NCBI GenBank assembly: GCA_033720975.1
Contig: JAWWBL010000003.1
Location: 1 to 44,129 of the forward strand
Reading direction: 5' to 3'
Length of the DNA: 44,129 nucleotides
From: Acidimicrobiia bacterium
GTDB taxonomy: Bacteria > Actinomycetota > Acidimicrobiia > Spongiisociales > ZC4RG35
Shown here: piece by piece, positions 21,218 through 29,177 of the stretch
Position numbering within the stretch: the first letter of the stretch is position 1
Layout: every line of letters begins with the position of its first letter
Made by a program: the position numbers and the translations under genes
The notes under the pieces: model-generated
The model's database searches: none
Told to the model about the DNA's origin: nothing
What the model saw: only the letters and a program-made list of their open reading frames with translations

Positions 21218-21330
21218 GCCGCACTCGGGGCACGTAGCGGTCCCACCCGAGCTTGTCGAGCCTGACGGCTTGTTGGTGGACGATTCCGGGTTGGCCGGAC
21301 CCGGGCTCGTCCTTTCCGTCGCTCGATCCG

Positions 21331-21359
21331 TATAAGTCCGGTTTGCCCGTTCGCTGACA
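21331..21359 (-). promoter_or_regulatory. Leftward ECF-type promoter TGTCAG-N14-GGACTTATA
   Basis: Plus strand TATAAGTCC (21331-21339), a 14-nt spacer, then CTGACA (21354-21359). The boxes are identical to those of the rightward motif. Confidence 0.65.
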
Positions 21360-21368
21360 GCGAGATCA

Positions 21369-21397
21369 TGTCAGTGGGGTACGTTGCTGGACTTATA
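21369..21397 (+). promoter_or_regulatory. Rightward (autoregulatory) ECF-type promoter TGTCAG-N14-GGACTTATA
   Basis: TGTCAG at 21369-21374, a 14-nt spacer, then GGACTTATA at 21389-21397, directly upstream of the ECF sigma gene. Confidence 0.7.
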
Positions 21398-21435
21398 ACT
21401 GTCATGAGGTTCGGTGAGTTCGAGAGTTGATTGGC

Positions 21436-21984
21436 ATGTCTCCTGCTGACAAGAGGTTCGCTGAGATCTACTCCGCCCACTTCAAGGCAGTACATGCGTA
21501 TTGCCGACGTCGCACTTCGGCGGATCGCGTCGACGATGCGACGGCTGAGGTATTCCTCGCTGCTTGGCGAAGAATCGACGAGGTTCCGCCTGGAGCTGAG
21601 GCTCTCCCGTGGCTCTATTCGGTCGCGTACGGAGTGGTGTCGAATGCTTGGCGCGGGGCGTCGAGACGCAAGAAGCTCGACAGAAAGCTGAGATCGATAG
21701 GTGCCGAGTTCGCTCCACTCCCTGACGATGTCGTGGTCATGCGACAGGAAGCCAGACAGGTTCTCACCGCTTTGGAGCGCCTGAGTCGTTCGGATCGAGA
21801 GCTTCTCCGTCTGTCGATCTGGGAAGAGCTCGACAGCTCCAGTCTCTCCGTGGCTCTCGGCATCTCCAAAGATGCCGTCAATCAGCGACTCTCCAGAGCC
21901 CGCAGGAGGCTCGCCAGGGAGTACGACCGGCTAACGACAAAACAAACGACGTCATCCGTTGCTCAGGAAGGAGGTGCATGGTGA
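21436..21984 (+). CDS. ECF RNA polymerase sigma factor
   Basis: Region 2 (VHAYCRRR...DDATAEVFLAAWRR...PWLY) and region 4 HTH (LSRSDRELL...ALGISKDAVNQRLSRARRRL). Alternative TTG start at 21427. Confidence 0.92.
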   Translation: MSPADKRFAEIYSAHFKAVHAYCRRRTSADRVDDATAEVFLAAWRRIDEVPPGAEALPWLYSVAYGVVSNAWRGASRRKKLDRKLRSIGAEFAPLPDDVVVMRQEARQVLTALERLSRSDRELLRLSIWEELDSSSLSVALGISKDAVNQRLSRARRRLAREYDRLTTKQTTSSVAQEGGAW

Positions 21985-22724
21985 CAACGGAATCGCAGAT
22001 TGTCGCGCTCATGGACGAAGCAAACCCTGTCCCTGATCTCGACAAATACCAAGTGAACGAGGTTGATGTCGCTGCGTACCTCGCCACTCTCGAACGGAGG
22101 AGCCAGAAGATGACATCAACAGATACCAGGCCAACAACCGAGAAGCAGCCGAAACGATCCATGACCCTGCGGCTGGCCACTCTGTTGCTGGTGGTAGTGG
22201 CTGGTGTGATCGCGATCCTTTTGAGCCAAAGCGATGGCGATGCGCCTGTTGCCACCGACCCCACACCGTCGACGTCCGACGAATCTGCCCTCCTCGCTGC
22301 GTACGCCGCAGCTCAGAACGGCGGGGACGTTGACACGGTGATGGGACTGTTCGGATTCAACTATCCAGTGAAGCGACACCCCTTTGCCGTCAACGACTAC
22401 ATGGACAGCTCGACCGAGCTCAGAGCCACGGAAGCGCTAATTGCAGGGATCCGTGGATCAGGGGCAGGTCTCGAGTTCTTTGACATCGAGATAGGCGACC
22501 CCAACAGCGTCACCGCCCCCGACGTCACGTTCAGTTGGAGGTTCTACTACGCCGCCGACGGAACTACGCCAAGCGGCTGGTTCTGGGAGCGTGATGGTGC
22601 ACCCGAGGTTCCCCAAGGCGAGGCGGGTTGCATTGGAGGTCGAGACGGGAAAGCATGGGTTCAAGCAGGCAGGTTCCACGAGTTCAACTGGGGCTTTTAC
22701 GATCCCGCAATGTGCGGCGAATAG
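21978..22724 (+). CDS. Putative anti-sigma factor (cytoplasmic N-terminus, one TM, extracytoplasmic domain)
   Basis: Overlaps the sigma stop and has SD GGAGG. TM LATLLLVVVAGVIAILL. C-terminal domain starts YAAAQNGGDVDTVMGLF (SnoaL/NTF2-like opening) and has two Cys. Confidence 0.7.
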   Translation: MVTTESQIVALMDEANPVPDLDKYQVNEVDVAAYLATLERRSQKMTSTDTRPTTEKQPKRSMTLRLATLLLVVVAGVIAILLSQSDGDAPVATDPTPSTSDESALLAAYAAAQNGGDVDTVMGLFGFNYPVKRHPFAVNDYMDSSTELRATEALIAGIRGSGAGLEFFDIEIGDPNSVTAPDVTFSWRFYYAADGTTPSGWFWERDGAPEVPQGEAGCIGGRDGKAWVQAGRFHEFNWGFYDPAMCGE

Positions 22725-22783
22725 GCCTGGAAGCACACTCGGCTTGCTGATACTGGCTGGTCGACTAGTGAACAGCGGCCCCC

Positions 22784-22854
22784 GCCCGTGGCTGGGCTCC
22801 CCCAGGACCTGATCGAAACCAGGATCGACTCTTGATGAAGTGCTGGCGGGCTGA
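22784..22854 (+). pseudogene. Degenerate duplicate of the dsbA 3' end (right repeat copy)
   Basis: Encodes ARGWAP/QDLIETRIDS/DEVLAG* with a +1 and a -2 indel, versus intact ARGWAPRDLIETRIESLEDVLTG*. Weaker similarity extends left to about 22755. Confidence 0.8.
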
Positions 22855-22934
22855 AGCGCACCTGGCCGAGTGTTCACGCTCTTTGACCCCGCAGTGTCCA
22901 CTTCGGTGGTCAGCGGCCATCCCTGCGGAGCACA

Positions 22935-23393
22935 ATGGGAACCGTGAGAACGATCTATGAAGCGATGGGCGGGGCGGACGCGGTGCTCGCCCTCGCCGGG
23001 GCGTGGCACGAACGATGTCTCGCCGACCCGATCCTGTCTCATGCTTTTGAGCATGGAATCCACCCCCAGCACACAGAACGGTTGGCGGCCTACTGGGCCG
23101 AACAGCTAGGAGGACCAGCCGATTACACCGAATCCATTGGTGATTACTCGTCGGTGGTCCGAATCCACAGCGGAAATGGTCCTCACGAGGAGATGGATGG
23201 CCTAGGCATTGCATCCTTCGTTCTTGCTCTTGATGACGCCGGGATTCCGAACGACCCAGACCTGCGCTTCAGCCTCATCTCGTGGTTCGGGTGGGCGACT
23301 GCGATGCTCAATCACCACTGGGCAACGCCTCAGGACGTGCCGTCGGAACTCTCGTTGCCCTTTTGGGATTGGAAGGGGCCCACGGGCCACTAG
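22935..23393 (+). CDS. Truncated hemoglobin (group II-like globin)
   Basis: TIYEAMGG...WHERCLADPILSHAF...HTERLAAYWAEQLGGP..Y...H pattern of 2/2 globins. Confidence 0.85.
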   Translation: MGTVRTIYEAMGGADAVLALAGAWHERCLADPILSHAFEHGIHPQHTERLAAYWAEQLGGPADYTESIGDYSSVVRIHSGNGPHEEMDGLGIASFVLALDDAGIPNDPDLRFSLISWFGWATAMLNHHWATPQDVPSELSLPFWDWKGPTGH

Positions 23394-23416
23394 CTGCGGA
23401 GCCCGTTTTGACCGCT

Positions 23417-24277
23417 TCAGCCTGACGCGGGGCCGCGGCGGATCACGTCGAGGTCGAGTGTCCAGGAACCGTCATGCTTGGCCGTGTAGAGCCATGTAGC
23501 GCCCAGACCCTCGGCCAAATCGGCCCATTCGGATGACGCGCCTTCAGGGTTGGCCGGCAGAAAGATCTCTCCGGGTTGGTCGGTCAGCGACGTGTAATAG
23601 TCGACCATCTCGGTGGAGTGTCTCTCAGGCGGATCCCCATCTGAGGGGAAGACCCCGTCCGCAGGGAAGTGGGTCATGATGCCGTCCCATTTCGCGCCCC
23701 TCCTCAACGCTGGCTTCCTCGGCCAGATGCCGCCGACGACAACCGGTATACGAGGCCGTTGAAGCGGAGTCGGCAGCAAGGAGACGTCCTGCAACTGATA
23801 GTGCTCGCCGACATGGGTCACCCGATCACCACTCCAGAGGCGCGCAATCAGGTCCAGTGCCTCGTCCGTCATCGATGCGATGTCTTTCAGGTCCCATTGC
23901 TGTCCGAACTGCTCGTAGTCGGGTCTTCGCCCTAGGCCCACGCCGAGGATCACACGACCGCCCGACATGCGATCCAATGTTGCGAGGTCCCGAGCCATCT
24001 GCCAGGGCTGACGACGGGCCACAGGGGTGATCCAAGTCCCGAGCTTGATCCGAGATGTTCGGGTGGCAATTCCCGACAGGGTCACCCAAGGATCGGGCAT
24101 TGGCCAGTGTTCGTCCGCGGTCGATCTCGCACCGATCTCAGGGGGCGGAGGAAAGATGAGATGGTCTGCGAGAAACACGCCGTCCCACCCGGATTCCTCC
24201 GCCGCCACCCCAGCCTCAACAAGGCGGGACACTTCGGAGCCTGCCTCCCAGTTTGGGAGGACCAGGCCGTGCCTCAT
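23417..24277 (-). CDS. LLM class flavin-dependent oxidoreductase
   Basis: AEESGWDGVFLADH, DPWVTL..IA..T.RIKLG, ATLDRMSGGRVILGVGLG. Confidence 0.9.
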   Translation of the reverse strand: MRHGLVLPNWEAGSEVSRLVEAGVAAEESGWDGVFLADHLIFPPPPEIGARSTADEHWPMPDPWVTLSGIATRTSRIKLGTWITPVARRQPWQMARDLATLDRMSGGRVILGVGLGRRPDYEQFGQQWDLKDIASMTDEALDLIARLWSGDRVTHVGEHYQLQDVSLLPTPLQRPRIPVVVGGIWPRKPALRRGAKWDGIMTHFPADGVFPSDGDPPERHSTEMVDYYTSLTDQPGEIFLPANPEGASSEWADLAEGLGATWLYTAKHDGSWTLDLDVIRRGPASG

Positions 24278-24302
24278 AGGTCCGCCTCATCCATGGGAAA
24301 CG

Positions 24303-24815
24303 TCAGTGACCGCCTCGCTTGACACCGCCGTATTTCATTCTGGTGTCTGACATCGCCGCTGCGCGTTGCTCGTCGTCGTTGATACCAGCGTCAACGATCT
24401 CACCGACAAAGAGGGTGTGTGTCCCTAGATCGATCGTCTGTCGCACCTCACAGTCCATCCAGGCAAGAGCCTCCTCAAAGATCGGGGCTCCGGTCGCCCC
24501 GGTTCGCACGGCACGGCCATTCAGGGTGTTGCCGTCCCTCGTGGCGGGCTTGGAGAACTTGACGAAGACCCGAGTGTCCTCGGAAGACCACAGGTTCACC
24601 GAGAATGACCCGCCCTCTGTTATGAGACGATGCGTCACCGCGCTGTTGTCGATGCCAACCCCAATCAGGACAGGCTCCATGCTCAGCTGGGTAATCCAGC
24701 TCGCGGTCATCCCGTTCCATTCGTCCGAAGACGCCGACCCGATCAGAGCCAAGGCGTTGGGGATCTTCCAGGTGACCTTGTTGATCAGTTCTGGGTCGAT
24801 GCTTTCACCTGCCAC
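24303..24815 (-). CDS. Flavin reductase family protein
   Basis: NGMTASWITQLSMEP, GAPIFEEALAWMDCEV, GTHTLFVGEI. Confidence 0.9.
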   Translation of the reverse strand: MAGESIDPELINKVTWKIPNALALIGSASSDEWNGMTASWITQLSMEPVLIGVGIDNSAVTHRLITEGGSFSVNLWSSEDTRVFVKFSKPATRDGNTLNGRAVRTGATGAPIFEEALAWMDCEVRQTIDLGTHTLFVGEIVDAGINDDEQRAAAMSDTRMKYGGVKRGGH

Positions 24816-24852
24816 AGCGTGATAGAGACCCTAACTGTGATGAGGGACTGCT

Positions 24853-25242
24853 TCAGCTGGGGTCGTCGTAGGTGAGGATCTCCAAGAGATGACCGCTCGG
24901 GTCGTGGAAATAGACGGAGTAGGTCTTACCGTGGACTCCGGTCGACCTGCCAGGGCCACGCATGTTGGCAGGGGTCGATGGCCCGTCACCGTAAGTCGTA
25001 CCACTCGAGCGAATCCGGTCGAACGTCGCGTCGAAGCTGGCGCGATCCATGCCGAAGGCGAGGTGACGCGATGCAGGCTCGGGCATCTCCCTGAGGTCCA
25101 AAGCCATATCGGGCGTTATGAGCATCACCTCGAACGATCCGCTGCGGCCACGCGACTCCAAACCAACGACATCGCGGTAGAAGGCTACGGATTCCCCTAG
25201 GTCAGTTACCTCGAGGATGGTGTGGTCGAGGAATACCGACAT
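24853..25242 (-). CDS. VOC (glyoxalase/bleomycin resistance) family protein
   Basis: LDHTILEV.DL..S.AFY..V.G, RHLAF, SVYFHDPSGHLLE. ATG lies 6 nt after TACGGT. Confidence 0.88.
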   Translation of the reverse strand: MSVFLDHTILEVTDLGESVAFYRDVVGLESRGRSGSFEVMLITPDMALDLREMPEPASRHLAFGMDRASFDATFDRIRSSGTTYGDGPSTPANMRGPGRSTGVHGKTYSVYFHDPSGHLLEILTYDDPS

Positions 25243-25286
25243 GTCGCCACCGTACTCTCGACCAGCTGCTGAGTACTGTCGCAAGG

Positions 25287-25814
25287 ATGTCGGAGAGGTC
25301 CTTGATGTGGTGGGCGGGGGCAGCCGCTGTGGTAACGGCAGCCGGCTACTTCTTTGGGTTATTCGGGCCGGCCTACTACGACCCGGTCACTGCCTTCGAC
25401 TACCTGGGCTCGTTCATCAATGACGCCACCTTGGCCGTATCCGGTCTGGCACTGATCGTGTGGTCACGTGTGACCCCGGTGCGCAACACCGGGGCACTGA
25501 TCCTTGTGGCTGGCGTTGGCCTGATTGTTTGGACCGTGGGCAATGTGCTCGAGGAGATCTACGGCCTGGAACTCGGAACGGACCTCTTCTTTGCGGGCAG
25601 CATCACGACACTCGCGTCCACGGCCGTCGCCGGCATCCTCACATTGTTTGATCGGACCCGGTGGCGCCGGTCCGGCCTTCTCCTCCTGGGATTGACGGTT
25701 GGCATCGGCGTCGACGTCATCCCGATGTTCCCGATCGTTTGGACAGCCTTGGCCGTGCTTCTGGCCCGTGGCTGGTTTGAAGAAGCCTCAACACCGGAGC
25801 CTGCGAGGGCTTAA
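25287..25814 (+). CDS. Hypothetical multi-pass membrane protein
   Basis: 175 aa with several hydrophobic segments. TACTGT lies 7 nt upstream of the ATG. Confidence 0.75.
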   Translation: MSERSLMWWAGAAAVVTAAGYFFGLFGPAYYDPVTAFDYLGSFINDATLAVSGLALIVWSRVTPVRNTGALILVAGVGLIVWTVGNVLEEIYGLELGTDLFFAGSITTLASTAVAGILTLFDRTRWRRSGLLLLGLTVGIGVDVIPMFPIVWTALAVLLARGWFEEASTPEPARA

Positions 25815-25832
25815 AGGCGTATGAACCCTGGC

Positions 25833-27065
25833 CTACCGGGGACTGGCAATACCGCTCTTCCTGTCCAGAAGAATGAAGGTGCTCATGTCTCCCTTCCCCT
25901 TGACGGAGACGACGCCACGGGGTTCACAAACGAAGTCGTTCCGGATCAACTCGTAGGTCGCCGCTGTGATCTGAATCGATCCCGGGACTCCTCCGGATTC
26001 CATGCGACTGGCCACATTCACGACATCTCCCCACACGTCGTAGGAGAACTTGTGGGTTCCTACCACCCCTGCAACTAGGGGCCCCGAATTGATACCGATA
26101 CGGAAGGTGATCTTGTGGCCGTCGAACACGGCCTGTTCGGTGTGATCGCGAATGCGGAGGGCGAGCTCGGCTATGGCGTGGGCATGGTCGGGGCGCGCCA
26201 GGGGAACCCCTGCGGCGACCATGTACTCGTCGCCAACCGTCCTGATCTTCTCGAGGCCAAGTTCCTCGACGAAGCCGTCGAATGTGGCGAAAACATCGTT
26301 GAGCAGGTCGATCAGTTCCGGAGGCGTCATCGCGGCTGACATCGGCGTGAACCCGACCATGTCGGCAAACAGAACCGACGCCGACTCGTAGTCGTCCGCT
26401 ATCAGAGTGCTTCCCGCTTTGAGTTGCGCCGCGATCTCCCTGGGCAGGATGTTGTGCAGCAGATCATCCGATTGTGCTTGGAAGCGGTTGCGTTGCCTCA
26501 CGAAGTAGGCCATACCGGCGTACACGAATGCCGTTGCCACGATCACGTTGATCGCTGTGACCACATCCTCTCCTGTGTCCAGGTGGGACGGTTCGATGAA
26601 GTTTGGCAAGACCACCGCAAGTGCAACTGTGAACAGGTAAGCCAGGAACCACCAGAAGGCAGCCCTGACACTGAGGGTGATCAGCGCACCGACGACCGCC
26701 ACCGTCCCGTGGAGAATCACCATCCCGGACGGGACCAGCCCACCTTGCGCAACGGTTTCGACAAGGGGGTGCAGGAGGAGGACTATCAGAGTTGCTGAGA
26801 CGACTCCAACGAACCATGACGGTCTGACTCGAAGCAGAACCAAGGCAGCAATGCTGGTAAGCGAAACTGCGAAAAGGACCAGCCCGGTTACAGAGTCGCC
26901 CTCCGAGAAAGTTATGAATCCGAACCACAGCCGAACCACCGCACTGAAGAAGAGGTAGCCCACGAAAATGCGCCTGGCACCGCGTTGTATTTCCGACTCA
27001 CCCGAGTGGGCGCCGATGGAGAGCACAGATTCCCACCGCTTTCTCGTACGGGGGAACGCTGGCAT
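25833..27065 (-). CDS. Membrane-bound class III adenylate/guanylate cyclase
   Basis: About six TMs, then LLHNILP, LFADMVGFT, EKIRTVGDEYM, RIGINSGP, YDVWGDVVNVASRMES. Confidence 0.93.
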   Translation of the reverse strand: MPAFPRTRKRWESVLSIGAHSGESEIQRGARRIFVGYLFFSAVVRLWFGFITFSEGDSVTGLVLFAVSLTSIAALVLLRVRPSWFVGVVSATLIVLLLHPLVETVAQGGLVPSGMVILHGTVAVVGALITLSVRAAFWWFLAYLFTVALAVVLPNFIEPSHLDTGEDVVTAINVIVATAFVYAGMAYFVRQRNRFQAQSDDLLHNILPREIAAQLKAGSTLIADDYESASVLFADMVGFTPMSAAMTPPELIDLLNDVFATFDGFVEELGLEKIRTVGDEYMVAAGVPLARPDHAHAIAELALRIRDHTEQAVFDGHKITFRIGINSGPLVAGVVGTHKFSYDVWGDVVNVASRMESGGVPGSIQITAATYELIRNDFVCEPRGVVSVKGKGDMSTFILLDRKSGIASPR

Positions 27066-27123
27066 CGGGCGACACTACTGGATGTCGGCGACCGCACTTG
27101 GAGGGCACCGCTCCTCAGATTTC

Positions 27124-27600
27124 TCAGTCCGGCGTCTCCACGATCCGGCCGCCCCTGACGGTTGCTCCGATGACGAAGCCGGCAGAGATCAACACCGCGT
27201 TCTTCACTATGTATTGACCCTCGAGCGTCAGGACAAATGGGAATGCCGTCCAGATCTGGTCAGGGAACAGCATCAGCGGAGTCACCGTGCCGGCCATCTG
27301 GACAAACAGCATCAAGAGGACGATACGAAGGAGCTTTCCAGTCACCAGCCCGATCCCGATCAACAGCTCCAGGATTGCCAAGCCAAGGCGGGCAGCGTCT
27401 TCAGAGAGGAGCCCGAATGTGAGCTTCATCGTGGTCTCGGTTGCGATCTGGTCAGCTGGCGAGAGCCCCGGCACCAGCTTCAAGGCGCCAAACCAAATGA
27501 AAACCAATCCGATGCTCCACCGGAGCAGTTTGACACCATGGGTCGCCATCCAACGGGTGATGGTCCGGTCTATCCGATCGAACCGTTCAACGGTTGTCAT
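27124..27600 (-). CDS. DoxX family membrane protein
   Basis: LLRWSIGLVFIWFGALK, E..IG.GL, GQYIVKN. ATG lies 7 nt after TACCCT. Confidence 0.85.
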   Translation of the reverse strand: MTTVERFDRIDRTITRWMATHGVKLLRWSIGLVFIWFGALKLVPGLSPADQIATETTMKLTFGLLSEDAARLGLAILELLIGIGLVTGKLLRIVLLMLFVQMAGTVTPLMLFPDQIWTAFPFVLTLEGQYIVKNAVLISAGFVIGATVRGGRIVETPD

Positions 27601-27746
27601 GCCGCTCAGGGTACGGGCAAATCCATCAGCTCTTCCGACTGCTCCCAGGTTCAGCCTTCCACACCACCCGGCGAATCTTCTCATCCGTCTGCGAAACTTC
27701 TGCGAGATCGAGTTGTCGCGATCGTGTGCGCACCTACGATGGGCTC

Positions 27747-29177
27747 GTGCTCGAGGACGCCGCACTCATCGAAGAGGACAGCCCTCGAGAGGCCTGCGGC
27801 CTATTCGCCGCTTACTCCACCACCGAGCGTGTCTCCAACCTCATTTACTTCGGGCTCTTTGCCCTTCAACACAGGGGCCAGGAGTCCGCGGGAATCGCCA
27901 CCTCCAACGGTGAGACCGTCACCGTCTACAAGGACCTCGGGTTGGTGGCGCAGGTATTCGATGAGGCGGCCCTGGCACCCCTTGACGGGCACATCGGCAT
28001 CGGTCACGTGCGCTACTCGACGACTGGCTCCAACAACTGGGCCAACGCCCAACCTGCCCATCGCCAGATCGGAAATACCAGCGTTGCCTTGGGTCACAAC
28101 GGCAACTTGACCAACACCGCCGAGCTCGCAGCACACCTCGGCATCGCCGGAGCCACTACCGATTCCGACCTCATGGCCGAAAGTATCGCCCGGGCGGTCG
28201 ACGACGAGCGATCTGACGCGCGCGGGCTCGAGGTGGCGTTGATGAAGGTGGCACCAACCTGGAAGGGCGCTTTCTCCGTCGTGATCATGGACCAGGGGCG
28301 CATCGTCGGCATCCGCGATCCCAACGGCTTCCGACCCCTCTGCCTCGGGTCGCTCTCCGATGGAGGCTGGGTCATTGCGTCCGAGACCGCTGCACTGGAC
28401 CTGGTCGGCGCCAGATTCGTCCGAGAGGTGGCTCCCGGCGAGATGGTGGTGATCGACGCCAACGGGGTGAAGAGCTACGACCCGTTCCCGGACACAAAGC
28501 CCGGACTTTGCCTGTTCGAGTTCGTCTATTTCGCCCGGCCCGATAGCCAGATGTACGGGCGCAGCATCCACAACGCTCGCAGGCAGATGGGCAGGACCCT
28601 CTCCGAGGAGCATCCCGTGGACGCCGACGTGGTGGTGCCAGTGCCAGAGTCCGGCATCCCCGCCGCCCAGGGCTTCGCTGTCTCCAGCGGGATCCCCTAC
28701 GCGGACGGTCTGGTCAAGAACCGCTACGTCGGCAGAACTTTCATCGAACCCACTCAGACACTGCGTGACCAGGGGATACGCCTCAAGCTCAATCCGATAC
28801 CGGAAAACCTCGACGGGAAGCGGGTGGTCCTGGTGGACGACTCGATCGTCAGGGGCTCGACCACCCGCCAGCTGGTCTCGATGGTCAGGGAAGCTGGAGC
28901 GAGAGAGGTGCACCTTCGCATCTCCTCCCCGCCATACAAATGGCCCTGTTTCTACGGCATGGACACCGGGGACAGATCGACGCTGATCGCATCCAGGATG
29001 GGTGTCGATGAGATCCGCGACCATCTCGGCGCAGACACCCTCGGATACCTGTCCCTCGACGGGCTTCTCGACGCGACCGATGTCGAGGATGCGGGCTTCT
29101 GCACTGCCTGCCTTTCCGGCGACTACCCCACCGAGCTGCCCCAGTCGACGGACAAGTTCCAGCTCGAACGTTCATGA
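27747..29177 (+). CDS. purF: Amidophosphoribosyltransferase
   Basis: Short propeptide then EACG (Ntn Cys). Motifs LQHRGQESAG, GHVRYST, FEFVYFARPDS, VDDSIVRG, CFYGMD, CTAC. Confidence 0.97.
   Translation: MLEDAALIEEDSPREACGLFAAYSTTERVSNLIYFGLFALQHRGQESAGIATSNGETVTVYKDLGLVAQVFDEAALAPLDGHIGIGHVRYSTTGSNNWANAQPAHRQIGNTSVALGHNGNLTNTAELAAHLGIAGATTDSDLMAESIARAVDDERSDARGLEVALMKVAPTWKGAFSVVIMDQGRIVGIRDPNGFRPLCLGSLSDGGWVIASETAALDLVGARFVREVAPGEMVVIDANGVKSYDPFPDTKPGLCLFEFVYFARPDSQMYGRSIHNARRQMGRTLSEEHPVDADVVVPVPESGIPAAQGFAVSSGIPYADGLVKNRYVGRTFIEPTQTLRDQGIRLKLNPIPENLDGKRVVLVDDSIVRGSTTRQLVSMVREAGAREVHLRISSPPYKWPCFYGMDTGDRSTLIASRMGVDEIRDHLGADTLGYLSLDGLLDATDVEDAGFCTACLSGDYPTELPQSTDKFQLERS

Noticed and set aside
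20935-21495. 186-aa minus-strand ORF spanning the twin promoters
   Set aside because: It overlaps both dsbA and the sigma gene in antisense, has low-complexity Arg/Ser-rich composition, and starts upstream of the leftward promoter.
21218-27600. Prophage, ICE or IS call for the accessory block
   Set aside because: No integrase, transposase, phage or conjugation genes were recognised. Only the dsbA-tail duplication supports an insertion.
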